Below the pieces are notes generated by a model. That model saw only the letters and a program-made list of their open reading frames with translations. It was not told the origin of the DNA and searched no databases. The position numbers and the translations under genes are program-made. From a virus (Duplodnaviria; Caudoviricetes): 64,000 nt of DNA. How positions within the stretch are numbered: the first letter of the stretch is position 1; each line of letters starts with the position of its first letter. Location of the stretch: IMG/VR virus record IMGVR_UViG_3300025073_000989, one strand, 5' to 3'. Positions 37,015 to 47,854 of the stretch are shown one piece after another.

Positions 37015-38157
37015 ATGAAATTTAAGATACAAATATCAGACAAAATGACACATGAGGACCAAAATGCTAAAATATTAAGAATACCGCGAGATTTAAGATC
37101 AGAACTTGGAATAAGTATTGGTGAAACTATAGATCTTGGTACAAAAGATGGTAGTTTAATCAAATTAAACATAGGTCAAGCCTTTATAGAAGATAAAGAT
37201 ACAAACAGTAGAGTAGCTTTTGTTTCGAAACTTATTTTTGATGTATTGGAATTTATAGACAACGAAGAAAAAAACCCAATACCTCTAGTTAATGATATCA
37301 CTTTAGGGGCTGATCCTGAATATTTTTTACTAAAAAAACAAAATCATAACATAGTAACAGCAAATAGCTTTTTTGGTAAATATGGTGCGATTGGCTATGA
37401 TGGTATACTAGCAGAAATAAGACCAGAACCACATACATGTGAGGAAGGATTAACAAACAATATAAAAGGGTTACTTCAGAAAGCAAAAAACATAATAAGT
37501 ACACATAAGACTCTAGGACAAGATACTACATTAGTGGCTAAATCTCATCATAGGGGAGTAGTTGCTGGATTTCATCTACATTATGGTATTATTTCTCCAG
37601 CATTACTAGCTCCAAATTACAACTATAATGTATTAAATGTAATAATAGAACAAATAGTTAGAGTGTTAGATTACTATTTGGGAATTCCAAGTATAATACC
37701 TGAAGGGATTGAAGACTCGTCAAGAAGATGTGCCCCATTTACTTCTTATGGTAAAGCCGGAGACTATAGAGTAGATCATAGAACTTTAGAGTATAGAGTT
37801 CCAGGAGGACATCTTTTAAGGCATCCAAATCTAACTAAAGGTTTAATAGGTTTAGGGGCAGCTGTAATAGAAGATATTATAAGTAGAATAAAAGTATGTT
37901 CAGACAATTTTGATTTATCAAAAATATCCAATATCAACGAAAAAGATCTATATCCAAACATTCTTAGTAAGCAAGAATTAATTCAGACAATAGGTACTCC
38001 TGATACAAAAAAAGCAAAAGACAAATTAGACAGTATCTACAAGGATGTATCAAGTATGGTAAGTTACGGAAAAAGGAAAGAAACTATAGACTTGTTTTTC
38101 TCAGTCTTAGAAGAAAAATATAGTTGTTATATTGAAGACAACTGGCAACTAAAATAG
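37015..38157 (+). CDS. COOH-NH2 ligase type 2 with extra N-terminal domain
   Basis: LGADPEY, AEIRPEP, GFHLHYG, YGKAGDYR, LEYRVPGG. Confidence 0.88.
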   Translation: MKFKIQISDKMTHEDQNAKILRIPRDLRSELGISIGETIDLGTKDGSLIKLNIGQAFIEDKDTNSRVAFVSKLIFDVLEFIDNEEKNPIPLVNDITLGADPEYFLLKKQNHNIVTANSFFGKYGAIGYDGILAEIRPEPHTCEEGLTNNIKGLLQKAKNIISTHKTLGQDTTLVAKSHHRGVVAGFHLHYGIISPALLAPNYNYNVLNVIIEQIVRVLDYYLGIPSIIPEGIEDSSRRCAPFTSYGKAGDYRVDHRTLEYRVPGGHLLRHPNLTKGLIGLGAAVIEDIISRIKVCSDNFDLSKISNINEKDLYPNILSKQELIQTIGTPDTKKAKDKLDSIYKDVSSMVSYGKRKETIDLFFSVLEEKYSCYIEDNWQLK

Positions 38158-38183
38158 TAACTATTAATAGCAGGAGTAATTTA

Positions 38184-39860
38184 ATGCGGAATAGTAAAGA
38201 AAGGTGGTTATTCTTTAAACATCCATCTAAACCGGCAATTTCTCACGAAGAAACCTTTTACTGGAAAAACAACCTAAAGAAAATACTAAAAGTAGGAATG
38301 GAATTCGAGTTTAATCTACCCAATAAAAATGGTAGTTGTAAAGGAGACAATGAGGCATGTCCATGCAATTATTTGAATATTTCTAATTGCTGGACGCAGT
38401 GTGCAAAACAAGAAACATGCAGTATATCGAAAAATTTTAATTTTTGTCACAATGTAACTCTGGACTGTAGTAAAACAGACTGTAAAAAATGCAACAAATT
38501 TAAGTTAAGTTGTCCGAATATTAGCTGCTCTCTTTTCGAAAGCGCTTGTTCTTCGTGCCCTCTTTTTAAACAGGATTGTTATACATGTGAGCATAAATAT
38601 GATCCAGAGAAAAACCCAGATCTTATTAGAACCTCTATAGAGAATGAACTAAAGCCCAGTAACAGTTATGGTGTAATAAGTGAATCTGGAGTACATAGTG
38701 TTGTCAAAGATGGAAGTTTATTGGGCGGAAAAGGGATGGAGATAATTACCATAGGCCGTAGAATAGATTATTGGGAATTTTTCAAAATGGCTAAAACCAT
38801 TATCGACAAAGCAGTAGCCAAAGGTGCTTATGTAAATGAAAGATGTAGTATACATATGCATGTTCTTGCAAGCTACTATTCTAGGCTTTTTGAAAACCAA
38901 GAGCAGCACGGAATTCCAAAGAAAATTAACGAACTAGAAAAACCCATGCCAGAAATAATTTTAGCCAACTTTCATCAGTTATGCAGAAGATATCAAAATG
39001 CTATGACTTGGATGATGATGGGACTAGATGACCCCAAAAAAATGACAAGATGGGAGAAGTTCAGGGTATCTATACTAGAAATTTCCCCCGTACTTAGTTC
39101 CATGGAACACGTTAAAGAGGCAGTTCGAGTACATTCCGGCGGAAATAAGTACGGTTGGGTCAATTATAACTATACAGAATTATTACCTAGTGGAAATGTC
39201 AATAGATTTCATGTCGAAATGCGAGCACTCGATGGTATTCTTTGTCCTAGTGTTATTGCTGCAATAGCCTGCCTTTACTATGCATTGGCAATAAAAGCTG
39301 TAGAAATATCAAAGTATGGATTAGTAGAGGTTGGGAGTAAAGACTGGATGGCTACAGCATTAGAAGCAAAACAAGCCATTCTTAATAATATGAAGGGCTA
39401 CCAAGACGGTGATAGGTGGGCAGATACTAGAAAAACCCTTAATTACAGAGAGTTATTTGTAGAAGAATCTTTAGATTTAATAAGGCAACTAAAACATATA
39501 CTGGTAGAAATAGGCCCAGCCTATCAAGTACTGGAACAATTAGCAGAAAGACCTATTGCTATAAGGAGATGTGCAGGAGAAAGCTGGGCATCGATTGAGG
39601 AGACTTTGGCTGTTTCAACTAGACAAGAAAACAATTTAGAGAGTCTTCTTTATGAGTATATAGACCTAAGATATATAGCAGAATGTAATGATATTGAAGA
39701 GTGGATATCGTCGGCTCTAGAAATCATCGTTGAAGAAAACAAAATTGAACACCGTTCAATAGAGGAGTTAAGAGAAGAAATAAAACAACAGATAAAAGGA
39801 AAACAAGATGACGGTGAAATTATATGGTCAAAGAAGTTAGGAACTATAGTAGTGGTGTGA
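38184..39860 (+). CDS. putative amidoligase (glutamine-synthetase-like fold) with Cys-rich insertion
   Basis: VGMEFEF, DGSL...GMEI, CSIHMHV, KYGWVN, HVEMR; 16 Cys in an ~85-aa insert. Confidence 0.85.
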   Translation: MRNSKERWLFFKHPSKPAISHEETFYWKNNLKKILKVGMEFEFNLPNKNGSCKGDNEACPCNYLNISNCWTQCAKQETCSISKNFNFCHNVTLDCSKTDCKKCNKFKLSCPNISCSLFESACSSCPLFKQDCYTCEHKYDPEKNPDLIRTSIENELKPSNSYGVISESGVHSVVKDGSLLGGKGMEIITIGRRIDYWEFFKMAKTIIDKAVAKGAYVNERCSIHMHVLASYYSRLFENQEQHGIPKKINELEKPMPEIILANFHQLCRRYQNAMTWMMMGLDDPKKMTRWEKFRVSILEISPVLSSMEHVKEAVRVHSGGNKYGWVNYNYTELLPSGNVNRFHVEMRALDGILCPSVIAAIACLYYALAIKAVEISKYGLVEVGSKDWMATALEAKQAILNNMKGYQDGDRWADTRKTLNYRELFVEESLDLIRQLKHILVEIGPAYQVLEQLAERPIAIRRCAGESWASIEETLAVSTRQENNLESLLYEYIDLRYIAECNDIEEWISSALEIIVEENKIEHRSIEELREEIKQQIKGKQDDGEIIWSKKLGTIVVV

Positions 39861-39870
39861 GGTTTAATTA

Positions 39871-40683
39871 ATGTGCGCAATTTTTGGAATAGGTCTAACC
39901 AGTACTCATAGATTTAGAAATAAATTGTTTTTTAAAAAATTACTAAACAATTTAATGCTAGAATCGGAATTTAGGGGTATGGACGCCACTGGTCTAGCTT
40001 TTACAACAGAGAGTAAAATAGTAGTAATAAAACATAACTACCGCGCCAATCGATTTCAAGAACTACCAAGAGTACAAAAAGCGATCGATAGTTATGGTGA
40101 CATATCAAAAATAGGTGGTCCAGATAATTTATATTCTATTATAGGTCATTGTAGATTTAAAACAAAAGGGATTCCAGAAAATAATAAAAATAATCACCCC
40201 ATCATAGCCAATGAAGTAGTCGGAGTACATAACGGTGTAATATCAAATGACGATATATTATTTAGTAACTATTCTAATTTACCATATATTGAAAGGGCTG
40301 GGCAAGTAGATAGTGAGATTATTTTTAGACTAATAGATTTTTTTATAAATAAAGGTTTAACGACAGAACAAGCAATTAAAGAGACTACTGCCAGAATTGC
40401 TGGGTCTTTTGCTTGTGCTTTAGTAACAAGCTGGGCACATGAAAATCTATATTTGTTTAAGAATGACAACCCAATAGCATTATCCTACTTTCCAAAAGTA
40501 AAGATTTTTGTTTTTGCCTCGGCTAATGCCATTATTAAAAAAGCAACAAATGAACTCTTCTTAGGAGAAGAACGAGAGGTAGAAATACCACCGCAACACC
40601 AGATAGTTATAAACTTAACTGATGGGATAACAAAACTATCGCTACTAGGTTTAAATGTATTAAATACTAATACTAATAGGTAA
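39871..40683 (+). CDS. class II (Ntn) glutamine amidotransferase
   Basis: MCAIFG (catalytic Cys at position 2), RGMDATG, GHCR, NNHP, HNGVI, DSE. Confidence 0.93.
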   Translation: MCAIFGIGLTSTHRFRNKLFFKKLLNNLMLESEFRGMDATGLAFTTESKIVVIKHNYRANRFQELPRVQKAIDSYGDISKIGGPDNLYSIIGHCRFKTKGIPENNKNNHPIIANEVVGVHNGVISNDDILFSNYSNLPYIERAGQVDSEIIFRLIDFFINKGLTTEQAIKETTARIAGSFACALVTSWAHENLYLFKNDNPIALSYFPKVKIFVFASANAIIKKATNELFLGEEREVEIPPQHQIVINLTDGITKLSLLGLNVLNTNTNR

Positions 40684-40692
40684 ATTAGAATT

Positions 40693-41496
40693 ATGAATAG
40701 AAATCTATTATATAGAATTAAAAAAATATTATATGGTGGTAATCCGTATGATAAGCTTATGGTAGCAAACTTAAAGACGTCTTATAGCAGTGACCATGAT
40801 TTTGTAATTCCAATAGGTACTCCTTGCTTATTAAGCAAGCATATATTTCATAGCGACAGTAAAATAGTAGAAGTAATGATAAAATATCCATTCCTTAAGT
40901 ATTTAAGTTTTGATACTACTGTACTAATTCGAAAAGAAAATCTTATTCCAACAAAAAATAATTTTCCAAATGAACATACAATTATTTCAGAGAAAGATTT
41001 TTGTAGCGCAAAAAGATTTGATGATTTAAGATTACTAGTAGATACCTACGGTGCTGTAACTATAGTTTTTGATACTATACCAAAAGGGGACCCATTGGCT
41101 GTTGTAGAAAGTCTAGTAAACAAATTTTACTATAAAACTTGTGTAGGACATAGTATAGATTCTTCCGCAGAAGGAAGTACAAATATTTTTATAGATATTG
41201 TTAAGATAGAAAATGTAATTCCCATAATAAAACCTAATAGAAATAATGGATTGTTTATATCAGTATACACTTGTGATGTACAAGAAAATATGTATAATGA
41301 TTATGTAGTCTATAAAAATTATATAAATTTAATAGTAAGCGATTATTTAGATAATGTATTTGTTTTAGATGGTTCCTTTATAAGAAGTATAAATTTAGGA
41401 ATAGAAGATAAACTAATTTTTACTCTTAGGCAAGTATTCAAAAACATTTTAATAAAAAACAAGCAAAAAATTAAACAAACAAATAAGGAGAACTAA
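40693..41496 (+). CDS. hypothetical protein
   Basis: ORF track. Confidence 0.6.
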   Translation: MNRNLLYRIKKILYGGNPYDKLMVANLKTSYSSDHDFVIPIGTPCLLSKHIFHSDSKIVEVMIKYPFLKYLSFDTTVLIRKENLIPTKNNFPNEHTIISEKDFCSAKRFDDLRLLVDTYGAVTIVFDTIPKGDPLAVVESLVNKFYYKTCVGHSIDSSAEGSTNIFIDIVKIENVIPIIKPNRNNGLFISVYTCDVQENMYNDYVVYKNYINLIVSDYLDNVFVLDGSFIRSINLGIEDKLIFTLRQVFKNILIKNKQKIKQTNKEN

Positions 41497-41499
41497 CGT

Positions 41500-43227
41500 A
41501 TGTGTGGTGTTGTTGGATTAATAGCTTTCACAGAAACACCGAAACAGGAAGAGGCTATTAGACAAGAAGCTATGATATTTTTACTAACAGAAATTCTTCA
41601 GCAAACAATAACTAGAGGTTCAGACGCTACCGGAGTAGCATCCTTATTTAGAGACGGCCAGTACTTTGGTCAAAAAATGGGAATATCTGCTATAGAGTTT
41701 ATAGCTAGATTTGGAGGAAAGAACGAAGATTATGAGGGATTCTTAAGGTCCTGGAGAAAACACGGAGCTCCAGCTACATGTTCAATTGGTCATTGTAGAA
41801 AGAGCTCTGTTGGAAATTCTACAAATAACGCCAATAACCATCCAATAAAAGTAGGAGAAGTTTTGGGAATACACAATGGCACTCTTACAAATCATAACAC
41901 TATATTTAAGAATTTTGGTTGTAAGAGGGACGGTACTGTTGACAGTGAGGCCATATTTAGGCTGCTTCACTTCTTTTCACAAAACGGCACAAACCCATTT
42001 ACTTTAGATATGGTACAAGAAGTAACTGCTAGATTAGAGGGATCTTATTCTGTACTAGCATTTAGTGGTAATAACCCATTTCAAGTAGTGGCGTTTAGGG
42101 ATTCAAGGCCCATGGAGTTTGCCCTAATAAAGCCACTTAAACTTGTAGTAGTAGCCTCAGAAAAAGATTTTATAAAAAAATCCCTTTTTAAAATGAATAA
42201 GGAAACGCTACTATACGGTAATAAAAGTAACTTTCCAAGACTTAATGCTAAGAGTATTGATTTTTTTAGTCTTCCTGACGATTCAATTGCAATTTTTAAT
42301 TTAACAAAAAAAGTAGGGGAAGACACTCAGATAGAAGAGTTGTATGATTTTGAGCGGATTAAAAAGACAAATAAAATTTGGAGAGCTGGATATAATTCGT
42401 ACCCGGCTAAGACAGTAAACGAAGTTAATCCTACCGCCCATCAAACTACGCCTCAAACAAATAATTTACCGACACCTGTCCAAGCTAAAGCAGTATTCAT
42501 ATTAGAAAATACTCAGCCTGCGGGTATTGGTAGAATTTATAACAAAGTCTTGAAGAAATACGTTGCAGCTTCGCCAGCTGTAGATATAACCACACCTATC
42601 AGAAATGTAAAAGTTAGTGCTTCTGAAGATAAAAGTAAACCTGAAATTATAGAAATTGAAGCTATCGATGTAGATGAAAGTGTAGATATAAACACTACAG
42701 CTAACGAAGAGGCTTTAAATACTGTAGAAGTTGTAATGGATGTAGACCCAGAAGCAATCGAAGCAGCAAACTTAGCTGTAAAAAGCTTAAAAAAGTATGA
42801 AAATGAAGAAGAATTATTAAATGATCTAGAAATGACTAAAGATCAAGTAATAGTTCTAAAAGACCTACCAATACACTCTTTAGCAAATAAAGTAAGAAAA
42901 GCAGCATTCAAAGTTGGAGTTCATGAGGGCTACGTATTAGGAAAGAATAAGTCGGACCCTGACTCAACAAATAAAAAATTAGAAAATGAAAAGTACATAA
43001 GGATATTAAAAACTATTTCTGGAATAATGGCTATGCTTATCGAATCCACCAATGTATCTGCTATTGATTCCTCAACGATGGAACGTGTAGTTACAAAAGC
43101 ATTCTCCGATGGCGAGGAAATAAGTAGTGATGCTATAGGTAGTTTATTTTCAATTGGTGATATGCGCAAACATGTTGTATTTAGACAAATAAGAGATATG
43201 GTTCAGTGCAAAGAACACAGGAGATAA
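41500..43227 (+). CDS. class II (Ntn) glutamine amidotransferase with long C-terminal extension
   Basis: MCGVVG, RGSDATG, GHCR, NNHP, HNGTL, DSE. Confidence 0.93.
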   Translation: MCGVVGLIAFTETPKQEEAIRQEAMIFLLTEILQQTITRGSDATGVASLFRDGQYFGQKMGISAIEFIARFGGKNEDYEGFLRSWRKHGAPATCSIGHCRKSSVGNSTNNANNHPIKVGEVLGIHNGTLTNHNTIFKNFGCKRDGTVDSEAIFRLLHFFSQNGTNPFTLDMVQEVTARLEGSYSVLAFSGNNPFQVVAFRDSRPMEFALIKPLKLVVVASEKDFIKKSLFKMNKETLLYGNKSNFPRLNAKSIDFFSLPDDSIAIFNLTKKVGEDTQIEELYDFERIKKTNKIWRAGYNSYPAKTVNEVNPTAHQTTPQTNNLPTPVQAKAVFILENTQPAGIGRIYNKVLKKYVAASPAVDITTPIRNVKVSASEDKSKPEIIEIEAIDVDESVDINTTANEEALNTVEVVMDVDPEAIEAANLAVKSLKKYENEEELLNDLEMTKDQVIVLKDLPIHSLANKVRKAAFKVGVHEGYVLGKNKSDPDSTNKKLENEKYIRILKTISGIMAMLIESTNVSAIDSSTMERVVTKAFSDGEEISSDAIGSLFSIGDMRKHVVFRQIRDMVQCKEHRR

Positions 43228-43233
43228 TTTTAT

Positions 43234-44541
43234 ATGCGTAAAAAACTTATTTTGGTAGTTTCTAAAAAAATGAATTCTGTTGGAAAAGAGAGAAACGAAA
43301 GCAACCTAATACGCATGACAGCAAATACTCGCCAGCATATGGGGTACAGTAACGATAAAGTAGAGGTTTGGCTATCTAGTAGTACCCAAGAAAGAATAGC
43401 TAGTACCTTATTATTAGATATAAACAGAGCCTACAAAGATGACATCAAAAAACTCAATGAATTAGTGGCTGATGGAAAACTTTTACCTGAGGATATAGTT
43501 AGGGTAGGCTTTGTCACTGAAGATATATACCAAACCATAGTAGGTAAAAACAAAGCAGTAGATAGTAATATTTGGATATCAGATCGCATAGAAGATACTG
43601 TTATAGGTGCTGATCCTGAATTTATGCTGTTTGATAAAAACGGAAAGGTTGTTAGAGCCGACAAAATAGTAGGTTTTACAAAAATAGGTAATCTTGGACA
43701 TGATGGGGCTATAGCTGAATTAAGACCTAATCCAGCTATGACTCCAATGGAACTAGCAAGCAATATACATAAAATACTTTCAGATAAAAATTTAACTAGT
43801 TCAATAGAACAATATGATTGGAGAGGAATGTGTTACTTCAAAGACCAAGACAGAGATTATACCGTCGGTGGTCACATTCACATAGGAAGTCCAATACAGA
43901 TCGCAAAATTACCACCAGACAAACGAGAAGCATTCTTTAAGGTTCTAAATAAAATACTAGATGAACTTTTGGCTATTCCTATGACACGGTTAGACGGGCA
44001 AAACGGTAAAATAAGAAGAACTACTGGTATTTTTGGTAAATATGGATATTTTGGCGAAATGCGTCAATGTAATGGACGACTAGAACATAGAACACTTAGT
44101 GGTATGTGGCTATGTCATCCAGAAATAACTAAAATGGTAATTGGAACAGCAAAATTAATTATCGATGAAGTATTTAGATTAATCTCAGAAAAGAAATTTA
44201 ATATCAATTATATGTCTGTTCCAGACAAATACAAATCAATAAATGTATTTACAAGTGATTTTGACGGGTGGAAGGATATAGAATTAGCCAGAGATATGGG
44301 ATGCATTAGGCAATCTTCAGTGATGCGGTCTTTATTAAATGAAGCAGAACCACAAAAAGTAAATAAGGATTTTCTTACCAAATGGTATGCAACACTAAAG
44401 ACATTCTCTAGTTATAGAGAAAATAGTATATTTTTAGATGGTTTGTTTGAATTACTTAAGATCCCACTAAAAAACTTAAAAGGAGTAGAAACAAATTTAA
44501 AAAAGACTTGGTTAGAAGGAAAACCAATATTTATAAAGTAG
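43234..44541 (+). CDS. COOH-NH2 ligase type 2 with extra N-terminal domain (third copy)
   Basis: IGADPEF, AELRPNP, GGHIHIG, YGYFGEMR, LEHRTLSG. Confidence 0.88.
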   Translation: MRKKLILVVSKKMNSVGKERNESNLIRMTANTRQHMGYSNDKVEVWLSSSTQERIASTLLLDINRAYKDDIKKLNELVADGKLLPEDIVRVGFVTEDIYQTIVGKNKAVDSNIWISDRIEDTVIGADPEFMLFDKNGKVVRADKIVGFTKIGNLGHDGAIAELRPNPAMTPMELASNIHKILSDKNLTSSIEQYDWRGMCYFKDQDRDYTVGGHIHIGSPIQIAKLPPDKREAFFKVLNKILDELLAIPMTRLDGQNGKIRRTTGIFGKYGYFGEMRQCNGRLEHRTLSGMWLCHPEITKMVIGTAKLIIDEVFRLISEKKFNINYMSVPDKYKSINVFTSDFDGWKDIELARDMGCIRQSSVMRSLLNEAEPQKVNKDFLTKWYATLKTFSSYRENSIFLDGLFELLKIPLKNLKGVETNLKKTWLEGKPIFIK

Positions 44542-44579
44542 TATTTAATAATAACTTAAACAATTAAGGAGAAAAGAAC

Positions 44580-45653
44580 ATGAACAAACAAACAGCAATT
44601 TTCTATAGTGGTGCCACTGACGTTACTGGTAAGGCTTTAGTGGAGGCATTAGAAGTTAATGGTTGTAGTAGTAAGCCTACAGGTGTAAAACTGGTCATTG
44701 GTTGGGGCGCAAAGGCAGAGGGACAAGTTGCTTTTGGTGGCGACGTAAAAGTATTAAACCATCCAGAAAGAATTCGTGATAATAGGAATAAAGTTAAAAC
44801 ACTGCATACTCTTAAAAAAAGTAACGTCCCTGTAGCAAGTTTTACTGAAGCTGCTACCATTAACAATGCTTTAGCAAATGGAACGTTAACTTTACCGGTA
44901 ATCGGTAGAACTAACTTTCATCAAGGCGGAAAGGGTTTTTGGCTCTGCTTAACAAAAAATCACATAACCAATGCCATTAATGAAGGTGCTCAGTATTTCC
45001 AAAACTATTTAGATATGACAGATGAGTATAGAATACATGTCTTTGGTGGAGAAGTTATTTATGCCCAAAAGAAAATCAAACGAGATAATATGTCCGATGC
45101 CTTTGAAGAGCAACATGCGGAAAAAATTATAAATTCCGCCGAAAAGTCCGGAAAAAAAGTTGATAAAGATACGTTGACCTATACGTTAGAACAGGTAGGA
45201 AAACGTTTACAACCACAAGCAGACATGATTATTAGATCCAATACTCGTGGTTGGAAATTTGTATCAGTTACTACAAATAAACTGAGTAAAGCCCTAGCAG
45301 AAGTAGCCATTGCAGCAGTTAAGGCTGTAGGTCTAGACTTCGGTGCCGTAGACTGCTGTATTACAGAACAAGGGCCTTATATTATCGAAATAAACTCGGG
45401 ACCAGGATTAGAAAAAACTGCTTTTGAAAAATATGTAGCATGCTTTAAGAAAGTAATTTCAGATACTTTTACTGAAAAGCCAAAAAACACCAAATCACCG
45501 GAACCAGAAACACTACAATTTAAAAGTGCAAAGAAAGCTGAAGTAAGCAATCTGGTAACTAAGACTAAGTTAATGCTGGAAATGGCAGAAAGTGCGGATG
45601 AAGTAGAAGCGGCAGCATTAGAAAAGGTGTTTGCCAAAATGTTTAATAAATAA
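44580..45653 (+). CDS. RimK-like ATP-grasp ligase
   Basis: VIGWG, NKVKT, GGKG, EYRIHV, GLDFGAVD, EINSGPG. Confidence 0.92.
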   Translation: MNKQTAIFYSGATDVTGKALVEALEVNGCSSKPTGVKLVIGWGAKAEGQVAFGGDVKVLNHPERIRDNRNKVKTLHTLKKSNVPVASFTEAATINNALANGTLTLPVIGRTNFHQGGKGFWLCLTKNHITNAINEGAQYFQNYLDMTDEYRIHVFGGEVIYAQKKIKRDNMSDAFEEQHAEKIINSAEKSGKKVDKDTLTYTLEQVGKRLQPQADMIIRSNTRGWKFVSVTTNKLSKALAEVAIAAVKAVGLDFGAVDCCITEQGPYIIEINSGPGLEKTAFEKYVACFKKVISDTFTEKPKNTKSPEPETLQFKSAKKAEVSNLVTKTKLMLEMAESADEVEAAALEKVFAKMFNK

Positions 45654-45666
45654 AGAAAAAAATATT

Positions 45667-46089
45667 ATGGCCGAGTTCTACATATCTTTAGCTAAGTCAG
45701 AAATAGCTGAACAAATAGCTAACATGCTTAACAATTTTAATAAGTTAACTGTTTTACATGATGAATATACAATAAATAATAGTAATACTTGTTATTTTAT
45801 TAAAACAGCTATTAGCTCAGTCAAAGCAGATATAGTAATAGGATGTGTAGGGCTCTACCAAGACTCTCATAATACAAGTAAAATAAAACACCTGTGTGTA
45901 ATTCCGCAGTATAGACGATTTGGTATAGCAAAAAATCTAATACAAGTAGCAATTTTAAACTGTAAAACAGACTATGTTTACATGACTATTAGAGAAGATA
46001 ATATACCCAGCTTGATGTTAGCTAAAAGTTTAGGGTTTGTCTTTGTTAAAAAAAGTTGTAATATATTAACAGTGGCGAGGAGGAAGTAG
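45667..46089 (+). CDS. GNAT-family acetyltransferase
   Basis: IKHLCVIPQYRRFGIAKNL (motif A), NIPSLMLAKSLGF; ATG at 45667. Confidence 0.88.
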   Translation: MAEFYISLAKSEIAEQIANMLNNFNKLTVLHDEYTINNSNTCYFIKTAISSVKADIVIGCVGLYQDSHNTSKIKHLCVIPQYRRFGIAKNLIQVAILNCKTDYVYMTIREDNIPSLMLAKSLGFVFVKKSCNILTVARRK

Positions 46090-46857
46090 ATGCCGAATTG
46101 GACGTATGAGGGTGTTGATTATATTGTAGTAGAATTGGTAAATAAAGCAAAGATGATCAACGGTGTGTCCTCTATAGTAGCCGAACAAGATGTTGTACGT
46201 GGATTATTTGCTGGACTAAAACTAATTCCAGGAAACAGTAAAGAAAAAAGTAAATATTTTTGTTTAGTAAAGAAAGGAAACAACTATGAAATGTTGAATA
46301 TGAATTTATGGTTGATCCTATCGATAGAAAAGCTGGCTAAATCAGTCAAAAGGCTTCTTTTATTTAGAATGCATGAAGAAGATCAAAAAGTAGCTACTGA
46401 AGTATTATTTGAGGCAGTTACTTCTTTTGTAGAACAGCAACTAATAATTCCAAATACTCTAATAATAGATACAACTAAATATAAAAACCCATCTGCTGCC
46501 GGCGAAGGTAATTATAAATATAAAAACCCATCTGCTGCCGGCGAAGGTAATTATAAATTTGCAAATACTAAACCAGCAAGTATTAATATAGATTATATAA
46601 ATATAAACACGGCTAATAGTACAAGTACAACTTATAACGGTGTTAGTTCACCAGCTATTACAGTAATCAAAAGAAAAAGTAAAAAACCAAGTACAAAAGA
46701 TTTGACAAACATGATGGAACTGGTTACTTTATTAGCAAAGGGAGAATATAAAGCACCAGCAATTCCTATAATTAAAGAAAAAGAAAACAACGAAACCGTT
46801 GTTGATTATAATCCGTATATAAGAGACGCGGCTTTTGAAAACGAGTACTGTTGTTAG
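46090..46857 (+). CDS. hypothetical protein
   Basis: ORF track. Confidence 0.6.
   Translation: MPNWTYEGVDYIVVELVNKAKMINGVSSIVAEQDVVRGLFAGLKLIPGNSKEKSKYFCLVKKGNNYEMLNMNLWLILSIEKLAKSVKRLLLFRMHEEDQKVATEVLFEAVTSFVEQQLIIPNTLIIDTTKYKNPSAAGEGNYKYKNPSAAGEGNYKFANTKPASINIDYININTANSTSTTYNGVSSPAITVIKRKSKKPSTKDLTNMMELVTLLAKGEYKAPAIPIIKEKENNETVVDYNPYIRDAAFENEYCC
46476..46553 (+). repeat. 39-bp in-frame perfect tandem duplication (YKNPSAAGEGNYK x2)
   Basis: taaatataaaaacccatctgctgccggcgaaggtaatta twice. Confidence 0.95.
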
Positions 46858-46866
46858 GTAATAAAA

Positions 46867-47853
46867 ATGGATTTGATAGGGCATGAAAACACTAAATTAC
46901 AAATAAATATAGCTTTTCTTTCTGCAAAAAAGAGAAATATGGCTATACCACATATGCTTTTTTCAGGTACAGCTGGTTGTGGTAAGACAAGCATGGCAAA
47001 AGAAATTGCAAAATTAGATAATTCAGATTTTTTGTCCATTTCGCCAGAAGCAATAAAAGATTTAAAGAGCACAAAAAAATTAATGGAAAATCTAAATCAT
47101 AGTGGCTATGATGCAAGCGGTAATAGAGTAGGAGCAATAAAACCTAGTATATTACTTCTAGATGAAATACATAAACTACCTCTAGCTGGTCAGGAAGCGC
47201 TTGGTATAGCTATGGAAAACTATATGCTAGAAACTGGTAGAGCTAACAAATTTTACTGGCTACCATATTTTACTTTAATTGGCGCAACAACAATGGCAGG
47301 AGAGCTAAGTAAACCGTTTTTAGACAGATTTAAAATGAGTTTTACTTTTGAGCCCTATTCAATTTCAGATTCGTTTAAAATAGTAAAAGCACATTGTTCT
47401 AGGCTCAGTATAGCCATAACATCTGAATCTGTTGCTACAATAGCAAAAAGAGGAAGAGGTATTCCTAGAATAATGGTTAAGTATCTAGAAATGATCCGAG
47501 ATTTTACTTTTGCTAAGAATAGCAAAGTCATAACACTAGAAACAACATTAGAAACGTTTAGGTCTTTAGGTATTGATGTTGAAGGTTTTAGTCTTGTAGA
47601 AATTAAAATTCTAAAAACATTATATGAAGAAGATAAACCGGTGGGTTTAGAAAACTTGGCAATAATAGTAGGAGAATCTGCAAAGACACTAAAAGAAACT
47701 ATTGAACCTTATTTGATCCAAAGGGGTTTTATACTAAGAAGTGGATCAGGCCGTCTTATAACACGGCTTGGAAAAGAATATATAGATAAACAAAATTATG
47801 TAAATACTAAAACCAATAAAATAAATATACCAGCAAACTATGTAAGACAATAG
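46867..47853 (+). CDS. ruvB: RuvB-like Holliday junction AAA+ ATPase
   Basis: GTAGCGKT, LLDEIH, FTLIGATT, DRF, RGIPR, EPYLIQRGFI.R..SGR. Confidence 0.92.
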   Translation: MDLIGHENTKLQINIAFLSAKKRNMAIPHMLFSGTAGCGKTSMAKEIAKLDNSDFLSISPEAIKDLKSTKKLMENLNHSGYDASGNRVGAIKPSILLLDEIHKLPLAGQEALGIAMENYMLETGRANKFYWLPYFTLIGATTMAGELSKPFLDRFKMSFTFEPYSISDSFKIVKAHCSRLSIAITSESVATIAKRGRGIPRIMVKYLEMIRDFTFAKNSKVITLETTLETFRSLGIDVEGFSLVEIKILKTLYEEDKPVGLENLAIIVGESAKTLKETIEPYLIQRGFILRSGSGRLITRLGKEYIDKQNYVNTKTNKINIPANYVRQ

Positions 47854-47854
47854 T

